Positions 26,509-37,188 of a DNA stretch of 64,000 bases are shown piece after piece. This stretch comes from Pseudogymnoascus verrucosus. Its lineage: Eukaryota. Below the pieces are notes generated by a model. That model saw only the letters and a program-made list of their open reading frames with translations. It did no database searches and was not told the DNA's origin. The stretch lies in assembly GCA_001662655.1 (NCBI GenBank), contig KV460211.1. One strand, given 5' to 3'. How positions within the stretch are numbered: the stretch's first letter is position 1; every line of letters starts with the position of its first letter. A program made the translations under genes and the position numbers.

Positions 26509-27579
26509 TCACGATATATCTTTTTCGTCTCGAAGTCTAATTTCGTGCACCATCTCCACGTGATTCTTAAAATGGATAATGTTGTTGAGAAGTAGCCCTT
26601 CGGCCTTGCAAATTAGATACTGTAGTAGCATTCATACTTTCCTGCTGTCCTCTTTTCTAAATTCCTCTCAACATAGTCTATCATCTTGTTGGGTTTTGAG
26701 AATTTGCGCATCTGCCTATTGTAACTCTAGCGATCGTCGCTAATGTAGAATATACAGTGAGTTTTCTCGCAGATTAGGGGGAAAGTATTAGGAACAGGCG
26801 ATTCTTCCTTTACTATAGGGAACTCTCTAAGAGAAGATGCCTAGGACGATTTGCTTAACTACGACTTATAACACTAGACTTCTTAGCGACGAGATAGTTC
26901 GACTATTGTGTTGATAGCACAAATCCGTTACATGACGATGTCATGTGGATTAAGATCCTTAGAGAGGTCGCATATGATTTCTTAAAGCTAGGTCCGTTCC
27001 AGCAGCTAGTGCTTAACGACAGGCTTAACATATGTTAGTGCCATGACTATGATCTTCTTAATGATCTTCTTAAGTTCTTCTTTGTAGATATAATAGAAGT
27101 AGTCCTGCTGGTACTCCCTCTTGAGCTCTTGCTCAAGCATCTTCGTTACCGTAGTAATCTGTCTATTTAATTGATGATATTCTTCACTAGCTTCTGTTCT
27201 AATCGAACCCTGAACAAATGCGTCTCCATACAAACGCTTAAGCTCCAAGCAAAGCTCTTGCTGCTCAAGCTTAAGCTGCACCAGCTCTGGATCGGGCGGC
27301 ACTGCCTGAGGCGCGCGGGGATCACAAGTGAGGCTCATGTGCGTGAAGGCCCGGAGAAAGCCAGAATTGCTAGGCTAGTCTAGCACTGCATCTTGAACGA
27401 TAAACCTGACTTTTTTATTATTTTGTATGATCTGCAAAAGGCGCCAGTCTAGAGATTGTGTCTTAGTATCTGGTCGCGAACTGCTATCGTCGCAGCCCCT
27501 ACGCACTCGTTAGTTAAAGCAAACTATGATCAATGAGGAGTTTACCGTCAACAGTGTTTCCTGTGCCTCTACGAAAACA
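26509..27579 (-). pseudogene. DUF3435 tyrosine recombinase (Starship captain) relic, 5'-truncated and RIP-like mutated
   Basis: Manual translation: CFRRGTGNTVD|G(intron 27499-27545)AATIAVRDQILRHNL*TGAFCRSY…VRFIVQDAVLD*PSNSGFLRAFTHMSLTCDPRAP…H*LLERT*L*EIICDLSKDL…FPLICEKTHCIFYISDDR…HFKNHVEMVHEIRLR. About ten TAG/TAA stops and one frameshift near 27415. Confidence 0.85.
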
Positions 27580-27829
27580 GGGTTAACGCTACGGAAATGT
27601 AGGGGAACCCAGTAACTTTGCGAACATGGCCGAGCATACGATAATGGCGGCATCTGCACGTTTCCAGTAATTCCTACCGTAGTTTCTCATGATGGTGGTT
27701 TCCATGCTGGACTAACCCCAAAGCGCAACTATCGCTAATGCAAAGTAACCAAGCGCGAATGAATCTTCAACGAATAAAACCTAATCGTAGGTGGAAGCGA
27801 GTGCGCGCATCCAGGGCCAAATTTCCAGG

Positions 27830-28070
27830 TATCTTTATGTAGTAAATTATATGTAAATGTACAAAAGGTTAATAAATTGTGATAATTACTATGCTATTTC
27901 TAACATAAAGGTACATATAAATAATAACAAACGTTCTAAATAACTTTATTAAAAGACAAATAATAATACATTAATATACTCTATTACCTATACTAGAATA
28001 TCTAAAACTTAATAGTTATATAAAAGTGTTAATTAATAAAAATGTTATATACCTATACGAACGGGAATAA
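27830..28070. other. Very AT-rich, TpA-rich tract (RIP-like degraded DNA)
   Basis: For example taataatacattaatatactctattacctatactagaatatctaaaacttaatagttatataaaag, close to the captain relic. Confidence 0.6.
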
Positions 28071-28109
28071 AATTCGCAGCAAGCGGAAGCTGTTGAAGAT
28101 AGATATGCC

Positions 28110-29299
28110 TTAAGGGCCATTGTCAAGCTCATATGTATTAAATGGATACGATGAGCCCTTCTCGAGGAGAACAAACGGATGGTGATAAATGCCTGACTGA
28201 GTTGCAACACTCCAAACTTGACCCTGATTCTGTGCCTTCTCCCAAAAAAGGGCCATGTTGTAGAGCTCCTCAGATCGTACAGCATAAAACCAGGTGAATA
28301 ATGTGTACAAACTAACCCTTAATCGTCCTTCATAATGCTCTGTCCCAGATGCTGATACAGGTGGAGGCGTAGCCGAAGGGATAAACTTCGCGTCATACGC
28401 CCATATCCACGGTGTAGAAGTGTTAATGCACGCATCCACAACTTCGGGAGTGACGAGTAGAAATGTGTTGCTTGGAACGCGAGGATTTAGGACAGCCTCT
28501 TCCGCCAGTCGCTGCTGGAAAATGCTAGAATGGGTGTCAGTTAAGAGAAATTTCAGGATAACGGCACGAAATGAACAAACCTGCGTAGAATTTCAGGGTT
28601 ATTCTCGGACACAGGCTCGTCTGCTAAAATAAACTCTTTCGTTAGTATAATGGCTGTGCCACCGACCATCTGTCTGAGACTTTCATCTACACAACTATCC
28701 ATGACAGACAGAAACCTATCCCAAGAATCACTGTTACTGTCGCAGTCTATGGCACTATCTCGAAAGATAACAAAGCCCCAACGTCCAGTCTGTTCGCTCC
28801 ATGACATTGATGGGTTAATAAGATTTCGTACCCATTTGCAGGGTCGGTTCATGTCGTCAGCGTATTTCTTCATTGATGCCTGGATTTCTTTCCTTTTAGC
28901 CGCTGCAAAGACGTTTGATCTAACACTAGCAGCTAACAACACAGCATTATCTCGAGAAGTTGCAATTGCGTGACGGGCTTTGATGTGAGCCATAAGGTCC
29001 TCGTGACCCCAACGAAGTATGCTGTTTGCAGTCGCCTCTTGTGGACTCCAAATGTGATACCTATCCAGGACTAAACGGCATTCTTCAGAAGTCATCGACT
29101 CAGGACTTGTGAGGGCTTTGTTCTGCAATTGTTCTAGTGTGAGTCCACTGACTTTGAGACTATTAGCAACCTGTGTGGCGAGGTCTGGTTGCCGCAAAAT
29201 AACAAGTCTTTCGGCTTCTGTTATTTGGTCCGGAGTTTGGAGAACCTTGACCCATAGCTCTCTCTCTAGAGGAGTTGGAGGAATATCTGGACAGTCCAT
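28110..29299 (-). CDS. Hypothetical protein (WGFVIFR motif); exons 29299-28581, 28524-28110
   Basis: Two ORFs (248 and 109 aa) are joined in frame by a GTTTGT..CTGAC..TAG intron at 28525-28580. Confidence 0.7.
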
Positions 29300-30265
29300 C
29301 TTGATGTTTTGCGAGACTGGTGATTTCGACGCGATTTACGTTCCCAGTAGTCTTACTGAGAAATTTTGTCTCGCACATGCGCGCGTCTATCGGACAAATA
29401 GCGCCCGATGATGACCAACCATCGTCAACTGCCAACCCCACACGCACGCATTCGTATTAAGAATTCGCAACGATGCTAGTAAGTAACGTCTCCGATTATA
29501 ACATTCGTAGAAAGGAATGCTACCCAGCTCTGCTGCTCCGTTCTTTTTCACTACTATGGCACCGTACTCCCTACTTGGGCTCGTGGCTGACCTCTCTCTC
29601 CCAAGCCTACAACTCCATCTTCAACTCCGAGCTCTCCCCTCGACTAATTGGCCAACTTCCCGTCCTCCCTCTCGTTGAAAATTTGAATAATGGTGTCCTA
29701 AGCTTGGTGTCTAGCACTAGCGGATTAAATTGTGGATCTGAACATCCATTTATCCACCATGCCACCCTAGGTGCCACACCCGATGGTCTCGATGGTTGTC
29801 ACCACCCGATGGTCTCGATGATCCCTCACCAGTTACCACTGACTTATTATTCAAATCAACTCCATCTTTGGATAGGTAGGGAGTGAATCACCGGTAAGGG
29901 GGTGAGTCACGTGATAAATCAACGTTTCGAGGTGAATGATGTGATTATAGCTCGGGTGACCTCTCTTTGCTCTAAATCGGGAGGGTCTCTGGCCCAAATA
30001 ACCACGCAGAATCAGACACCAACATCTTGAAACCCCGTGATGTATTACAGTAGTTTCGTATTGTTGGGAAAAGAGGACGGGCACCGTTTTAGCTTACGTA
30101 CCTTGTTCAGGTGTCTTGCTCTTATTTTATATAACAAATACTAGACAAGAATAGCAACTTAGTTTAGAATTGGGGAGGTTTAGAATGGGGGAAGTTCAGC
30201 ATGGGGGAGTGTCAGCAAGAGAATGAAAAGAGTGTGGAAAAGGCATAAGTGGAAGCCAGAAGTCT

Positions 30266-30960
30266 TTATCTAACATGTTTCGATTCAAATGTCTCTAGGA
30301 CTTTGTCATAAAAGCCTAATTTCCCAGGGTCAAGGTAGACCCTCACGGCGTATGCTAAATTCTGGACGTCATGATTATTAAGAGTTGTCGACAGCATGTT
30401 ATCAATCTGTTTAGAAGCTTCAACACTTGCCACCTTCTCCACATATTCCTTCCGCTCTTGCCACCTTCGTCTTGTGTCCTCATCTAAGGGTTGACCATTC
30501 TCATCGTAATTCCAAGGTGCGTCCATAGAGAAAGGTACCGTTTCTAAGAAAAGCGGAAATTCCACCAACTCCCAAGGTATAGTACACGCACCTTCCCAGT
30601 TGATGACACCAAGTACCTTGTAGCTCAGTTGAAGCCGTGCGATCGATCGAGACTGATTGTCGAATTCAAGCAGGCGAACTAGGTGAAATTCTCCATTGGT
30701 GATATTTGGGAGTATTCTGCATTTGATAGAATTGTTGAGAGTTGAGGCGTAGAGACATAACTCGTCCCAATTGGTTTCTTTATGCGATCATCCAACAAGC
30801 GACGGCGGGAAGAGCCGTCGGCGTAGAAATCAGTACCCTTCCAATTCTGCCCGGAAAAAAAGAAGTCTGGTAAAGCCATTTGGGAGGAGGCTGACTTCAG
30901 AGTGAAGTGTGAAAGGCGAAAAGCGAAATGCTTCTCTTCACTACGTAAATAAGGCGGCAT
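30266..30960 (-). pseudogene. APH/kinase-like phosphotransferase pseudogene (frameshift plus internal deletion)
   Basis: After a frameshift near 30775: NWDELCLYASTLNNSIKCRILPNITNGEFHLVRLLEFDNQSRSIARLQL runs directly into YKVLGVINWEGACTIPWELVEFP…WNYDENGQP. The central catalytic region is missing. Confidence 0.65.
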
Positions 30961-31493
30961 TCTCAGGGCGCACGGCTAGAAGGTGGTGAACCCCTGTTCG
31001 ACCCCAACAACCACCATCGAAGCACACATCGCAGTTCCCAACCAACCGTTGCCCACTCCAAGAAGGTTGCGGTGAGTATCATACTCTGCACCATCTCCAC
31101 GGGGCTGTCTCTGAGATTTTCTACCCGTTTATACTGTATTGCTCAGCCGCTCTCTTACGAAGTTATCCCTATTTACGGACACGTCGTCCGAACGCGCAAG
31201 ATTGACCCAAGGCGCGGATATAGCGACACGCTATTGTAGTATAATGGAACTGTAAACAAACCTCAACAATCAAATCCTATCCCCGGTACTCCGATATGAT
31301 GGATACCATTTGGTGCTTAGTTCATGTTGAAGGAATGCGTTCCGGTTCCCCGAAAAAGGAGCTAACATACCCCAAGCTTTTTCTAACTTAGCCGGTAGTG
31401 GGTTGCTGTAGAGATGCTACGCTAGTTTAGGCACCCATTGCACATTTTAATGATTAGTGTTAATACCTGCCAAATTATCAACGACCAAAAACA

Positions 31494-32327
31494 ATGCCCG
31501 CAGCTCTGTCAAAGTTCATTCAGTTGGTTCGGCGCATGATATTGGGATCCCCAGCCCAGCGCACGCCAACCGGCAGTCAGACTATCTTTGGTCTCAACCA
31601 TCCTGACCCTGTTGCCTTTGACTTCTCCGCATCCTCGACTACCGTCGATATCACTATTCCACCCTACAGTGCCTGGATAACTCAACATCACTGGCATGAA
31701 ACCGCTTAAGCCTGCGAGACAATCGAGCCGCAAGAAGGTTCCTACATGATCAGCCTCTCTACTGTGGCTACGAGGGGTACCAGCCTTCATGTAGGTGATG
31801 GGAAAGGTTTCGTGCTGCCCTTACGCCCAGGCACGATAGTTCAGTGGAAGCGAAATCCGCACTAGGTTGGCGCAGAAAATGAGGCTACAGTGTTTCGTTT
31901 AAAAGGCCCCGTAGAGATGCTCGATTTTTATTGACAAGTTTGTAGCGTCAATCAGGATGCCGAGGTGTACTTTCAGTTACCATCAACACCTTTGTGGTTG
32001 CGCGGCCTCTATGCGTTCTGGGCTGGGATACCATACTTTGGTACGCGACTGAGAGCATGGTTAACGAGTCAGCTCCTGTGGGTTCAGCTGCAAGTTATCT
32101 ATTACAAGAACGATTACTTTACTCGTGAGGGTTCGATACCATTTACAAGGCCATGGTGGGATCTGCCAGGTGCGAGAAGACCTCCAGAGAAATGGATGAA
32201 TCGTGAGTTGCGGAGTCGTGTGATAATTTCAAAGCTTCTACAGACATGGTGTTACTACATTGGGACAACGCTGTTGGGAATGAGAAGCTGGTACGAAGAA
32301 TATAAGACGCTAAGGTCTAAAAATTAA
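31494..32327 (+). pseudogene. Single-frame 278-codon gene (cupin-like HWHE motif) with three nonsense codons
   Basis: ORFs 31494-31709 and 31965-32327 are in the same frame. Read-through passes TAA (31707), TAG (~31863) and TGA (~31932), each one C>T from CAA/CAG/CGA. Confidence 0.65.
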
Positions 32328-32865
32328 GCAAAGGGGAACGAGGTACAGGCGAAGGTGAAAGAGGGACAGAGGCGAAAGATTACTGACATGTTGGAACGAA
32401 GAGGAGTGTGGGACTGTCCCAAGTCAATTCAACTTATCCTTCGCGGACAACGCAGATGATAAAGTCTCGCTCATCCCTTTTTGTCCGCAGAATCAGAATT
32501 ATTGTTTCGCAGTCAGCTCTCGGAAAAGATGGCACGAAAGATTCAGTCAACTATAAGCTTGAACTTAGATGTCAGCTTGCTTTTGTCTTCATAATCAGAA
32601 TCGTTCTTTCGTAGTCAGCTCTGCTCAAAAATGTTGTAGGCAGCCGGTGCAACGGTGAAATGTGGTGCCGGCCTCCGATCTGAGACCTGCATGCAGCTTG
32701 GGCTGGGCTACAGCTTGTGATTTAGTTGGAGCCCCGAAGCTGTCTACATATAGTACGTAGGCCCCGTATATAGTATTAGTTATCTCCATCTTCCTTCAAA
32801 CCCATAATACCAAACCTAGCTTCTAATAACTCGCATTCCCAATTATCCTTTCGAGCGCTATCATC

Positions 32866-34080
32866 ATGGCGGGGGAGATCCTAGCATTAGTGAAGGGTAT
32901 GGACGCAGTCCACGAGGCTGGAGCATCTCACTGACAGGCAACAGAGACAACCACCTCTATCTTGTCAGACAACTCAACAAACCAGGTGGCATGGCAAACC
33001 GAATTCCTCGGCCTCGTCCCCCTCGCTTTAAACGCCATGACCCAGCCTTCCAGCCTCGACATCAACCGCCCTGAATCCAGCCTGCTCTTCATGGCTCGCA
33101 GCTCGCCATTTATATGCGTCGCAGATACCCTGGAAGTTCTCATTGCGCTCTGCCTCTACACTTATCAGGAAGGGAGCATATCCGAGGCTGCACGACTTGT
33201 GAACCGGAGAATAGCGAGGTCGAGACTTGGGAGCGGAGAGTCTGAATTAGAAGCAAGCGCTGTCGAGAAGCACCCGTGGACTTTTACTATCTTGTTTCTT
33301 GCGGCGCTGGTACCAGCGATTAAATTCCTCGGATTGCAAGGCTTATTCTGGACAAGAGTCTGGGCGGGTATTTATCTATGTCCGTACATCGTGCTCGCTA
33401 TTGTTCGCGCCCTGGCTTCTAAGGGTTGGCGCGACCGGCCCCCGGTTGCCTCTCTAGCAAAAGTGCCCTCGTTTCACGAGAAGTTGCTAGGAATTGTTAG
33501 AACTGTGCTATTGGTGGTGGCTGGCGCAGTGCATGCTTCTGTTAGCTACTGGGCTCTTATTTGCGTGCAACGTAAATATGAAGAGGTATATATAAGACCA
33601 TCGGATCTGATGGAAGGTCTTAAATTAGGGCTGCATTTTCTACCTCCGTTGTTGATAAGTGCCTCTCTCTTCCTGCTGTATTTTTATTTCATAGGGGTTG
33701 ATCTCACTTGGAGATCTATTAAAGCCGCAACGATGGTTCATCATAAATTCGACTGGGTGCCCACAGCGGCGGCTATATTGCTTTTTTCAATTCATGTTTC
33801 TCTAATGATAGGATTCGGTTATCCAAACGCATATTTGGACATTGTTAGCGGAGTTTGGCCTATACCTCTGTGCTTTGGTCTACTATTCCTGCTTTTCACT
33901 ATCTTGTCAGTTCTCTCTAATAAGGTGCCCTTTTTAAACTTTTTAGAGATCGACGATGGCGATTACAAGGCCCTTCTTGTTTTTCCATTTTTGAATTTCA
34001 TACTAGCACTTTTATATTACCTGGTTGTATATGATCCTACTGGGACAGCGAAGCCTTCGTGGACTGAGGAACTTGGGTAG
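32866..34080 (+). CDS. Multi-pass membrane protein of unknown function; exons 32866-32896, 32945-34080
   Basis: 372-aa ORF with ~8-9 hydrophobic stretches, LALNAMTQPS, RSSPFICVAD and C-terminal YDPTGTAKPSWTEELG. A short ATG exon splices in frame. Confidence 0.75.
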
Positions 34081-34342
34081 ATAGCTTTTAAATGGAGAAA
34101 TATCTATATCCATAATATACTACTGACCGGGAAGCACACGTATCGGGTAACTGGTGGCTCAAATGATGAGCGACGACTACCTGCGTCAAGTTGCGTTTAT
34201 AGAGATAATCAAAGAACCTGTTTTTCTTGTTGCTGTCTTCGAGCTGATGCAGAACGTTGACTTCTCTGTCTGGCGCAACTTGGTATGTGATATCATCGCG
34301 AGGAAGACGATAAGGACTTGTATATAGTCATTGTGAGCTGAG

Positions 34343-34398
34343 TTGTAGGAATATGACCGTCGCCTAATAATCGACGTAATATTCTCATATTCCTACAA
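34343..34398. repeat. Perfect 14-bp inverted repeat (hairpin)
   Basis: ttgtaggaatatga (34343-34356) and tcatattcctacaa (34385-34398), with inner cgtcg/cgacg. Confidence 0.8.
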
Positions 34399-34926
34399 AA
34401 TCACGTATCACATCACACATATCACATCAAATCAGACCAAAACTTATGTTCTCAAAATATCATTAATAATTAAACTCAAAACTACAAAAGCAGGTAGGTA
34501 AGCAAGAAGGGTATTATCCCAACCCCCCTGCCCCGCCTCCATCGACCAGCGACATCAATACAGCCATCATACACACCACCCAACCCAGCACAGGCAGCGA
34601 GCTCAGTGTCCACGAGCACACAACTACCTTCCATATCGCAGGCACCATTTTTTAATTTTCCACACTCGTACTTCGAGCATGCCTCCTCCTCCCTAAAAAC
34701 CAAGATAAAACTCGTACTTCAAGCTATATCACCCCCTTTGATTTCTCTCTCTCTCTCTTTGATGTGTGTGCTGGGTCATGTTGGGCTTATCGGCCACCAG
34801 GGCCATCCAGAAATTGCTGGATTAAGGACATAGTACTCATCTCCCGAAGACAACCACTGGGATCTAGAATCACGAGGACCAGCCCTAGCGCCCCATCCGC
34901 GGATGGGAGCAACGTCACGGGGCCTG

Positions 34927-35541
34927 CTACGAGTCGTCGTCTAGGAGGACCCAGTCTGGGTCTTGGGGGATGAAGGTCCATGATGGGTCGGCGAGTTTGG
35001 TGGTGGTGATGAGTGTTGCTGTGGGTTTGTCTGTGCCGTCTGTCGCTCCGGGGGTATGGAGGGGGACGGGGAATTGCGTGGGGAACGACGCGTGTGTTGT
35101 TGGTAAGGACTGGTGTTGGAGTGTCTGTGTCTCCTTCTCCGCTGGCTCCTGGGGGGATTGCAAAGTGGTGAGGCGCAGGATCTCGGAGTCGTCCATGAGG
35201 TAGGAGGACAGGAGGGGGGGCGTGGGGATTGTCAGGGGTGAACGCCGGGAGTTGTGCCGTCTCATTGTTTTTGAGAGTTTTGCGGGTTTGGAGAGGACGT
35301 TGTAGAGGCGGTAGGGGAGAGGGGGAAAGTTAACATCCTTGTCCTTGGCCTCGTCCTTGTCTCCGTCCTTGGTATCCTCGTTGTTGACGCCTGCGGTGAA
35401 CACTCCAGACTCCAGTGTGGGTGCCTCGCTCTTCTTCTCGCCGTCGTCGCGGATGGAATCGTATAGGATGCCAAGAGCGCGCAACGCCTGTGCTTGTATA
35501 AGCTCGTCTCCTTTGTCTTGAGTCCCTATTGAAACTGACAT
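34927..35541 (-). CDS. Hypothetical low-complexity protein (204 aa)
   Basis: Intronless ATG ORF with host-like codon bias. No recognisable domain. Confidence 0.45.
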   Translation of the reverse strand: MSVSIGTQDKGDELIQAQALRALGILYDSIRDDGEKKSEAPTLESGVFTAGVNNEDTKDGDKDEAKDKDVNFPPLPYRLYNVLSKPAKLSKTMRRHNSRRSPLTIPTPPLLSSYLMDDSEILRLTTLQSPQEPAEKETQTLQHQSLPTTHASFPTQFPVPLHTPGATDGTDKPTATLITTTKLADPSWTFIPQDPDWVLLDDDS

Positions 35542-35676
35542 GGTGGTGGAGTGGAGATAGGTGTGAGATGGTGGATAGAGAGGTGAGGTGGTGTAGTGGA
35601 GTGAGTGGGTTGATGAGTGGTGAAAGACTGAGAGAAGATGGGTGTAGACGTGTGCATGTATCTGCAGTATGCAGAA

Positions 35677-36042
35677 CTAGGGATCGGTATAATCGATGTC
35701 CCCCCACAGGGCATACACGACGCCGAGCATACTGGCACAGAGACTTACGTCATCGTCTGCATCACCCCCGAAGAGGCGGCACTGCTCATCCTCCTCCTCG
35801 CGCCGCACCTCGTGCGCCATCCATGCCAGCCAGCTACGTTCGAGCGACTGTGGCTGTGCGCCGCCTGGGAAGGGACCCGAAAGGGGTAGGAACGCCGTGT
35901 CGTGTGCCAAGAAGGCGCCCTCGAGGTACTCGTCGCGCGGATCAACTTTGCGGGAGAGGGCGTGGCGTTTGCGTGCTCCGCGACGCATGCGGCGACGGTT
36001 TTTGGGGAAGGAGGGGACCGGTGTGACACCTGGTATGACCAT
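35677..36042 (-). CDS. Small hypothetical protein (~121 aa)
   Basis: ATG at 36042 (MVIPGVTP…). Basic patch RRRMRRGARKR and acidic C-terminus EQCRLFGGDADDDVSLCASMLGVVYALWGDIDYTDP, reminiscent of small conserved ascomycete proteins. Confidence 0.5.
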   Translation of the reverse strand: MVIPGVTPVPSFPKNRRRMRRGARKRHALSRKVDPRDEYLEGAFLAHDTAFLPLSGPFPGGAQPQSLERSWLAWMAHEVRREEEDEQCRLFGGDADDDVSLCASMLGVVYALWGDIDYTDP

Positions 36043-36489
36043 GTTTGCGAGAAGCGGAAATCGAGATTTATAGGAAATAGAAATGATTCTTCTTTCAATC
36101 CAGGAGATGGGCAAAATTGGACGGGGATTAACCCCGAGAAAAGGGAAAACTATCACTTCGCCAGTGGCAAGAGTAGAAAGTGTAGAGGAGAAGTGAGTAG
36201 ATAGAATATGAAGCCAAGGAGATGTAGCAAACCTTTATAGATATGACGATGACTCCCTCCCGTTCCTCCCGAGGAGTAACCTTCCAGGCTTCCAGGGCTT
36301 CCCGAATGCCCAGACTGTCCCCGCTAGAGTCACGAGTACTTACAACTTTATGGTGTATGAAGGTGTGAGTCGGTGATGCTATCAGGCGGCGCGGTAAATC
36401 GAGGGATTGTTGAGGTATAGTGGAGGATGATGAGATGTGTGTGGGATGAGGCGTGATTGGTATAAATTTTGGTGGGATGTGGTTGGTGT

Positions 36490-36526
36490 GGGTGTAACTG
36501 GGTGTAACTGGGTGTAACTGGGTGTA
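36490..36526. repeat. 10-bp tandem repeat (GGGTGTAACT) x3.7
   Basis: gggtgtaactgggtgtaactgggtgtaactgggtgta read directly. Confidence 0.85.
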
Positions 36527-37188
36527 GGTGGTTGGCAGGTTTGACTCACATGGAGAGAGAGGTTGGTAGTCATACGGAGTTATCATCCAGTGACACAGCC
36601 ACACGACAAGGCAGAGAAACAGGATTAATCCCAATGCGGCCTGGGAAATGCAGGGTTTAGATAGTATTTAAGGCTTTTTGCACATGATTACTTGGATTTT
36701 TAGTGATTTTTAGAGCATTTGAGAGTATTTTATTCTTTTTTCTGAAACTTTTTATAGAGTGTGACTTCATAAGTGAGGCGGTCCTGCAGGTGTCAAAATC
36801 TCAGAATAGTACGTACCTACGTAATTGTGGTGTAATCTTTATCGGGCTTTATCGGAGAGTCTCCGATGCACGTGACACCCCACCAAAAATAAATCATGAT
36901 AAAAAATTGATGACTAAGACAGGGACGGACCCCGGATCACGTGATTGCAAATACAACCCCACAAAAGAAAGTCTGTGCTCTAACCTAACAGAATCGATTA
37001 CGCTAGACCCTGTTGGTATAGGCGGTCACTGCCGGCAATTCGAGATAGCACCCCCAAAAAAGTTTTGGTGATACTGAGAAAGAACTACTGCGAAAGAAGT
37101 CCTAAGTTCTATTCCTGCCCCAACGACGGTGTGATGCCCGCCATTCAACAATCTTAGAGGCCTCCACGGGCGCGATTCAAATACCACC

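Noticed and set aside
30975..31016. tRNA-like GTTCGA…CCA sequence
   Set aside because: No cloverleaf or acceptor stem could be built.
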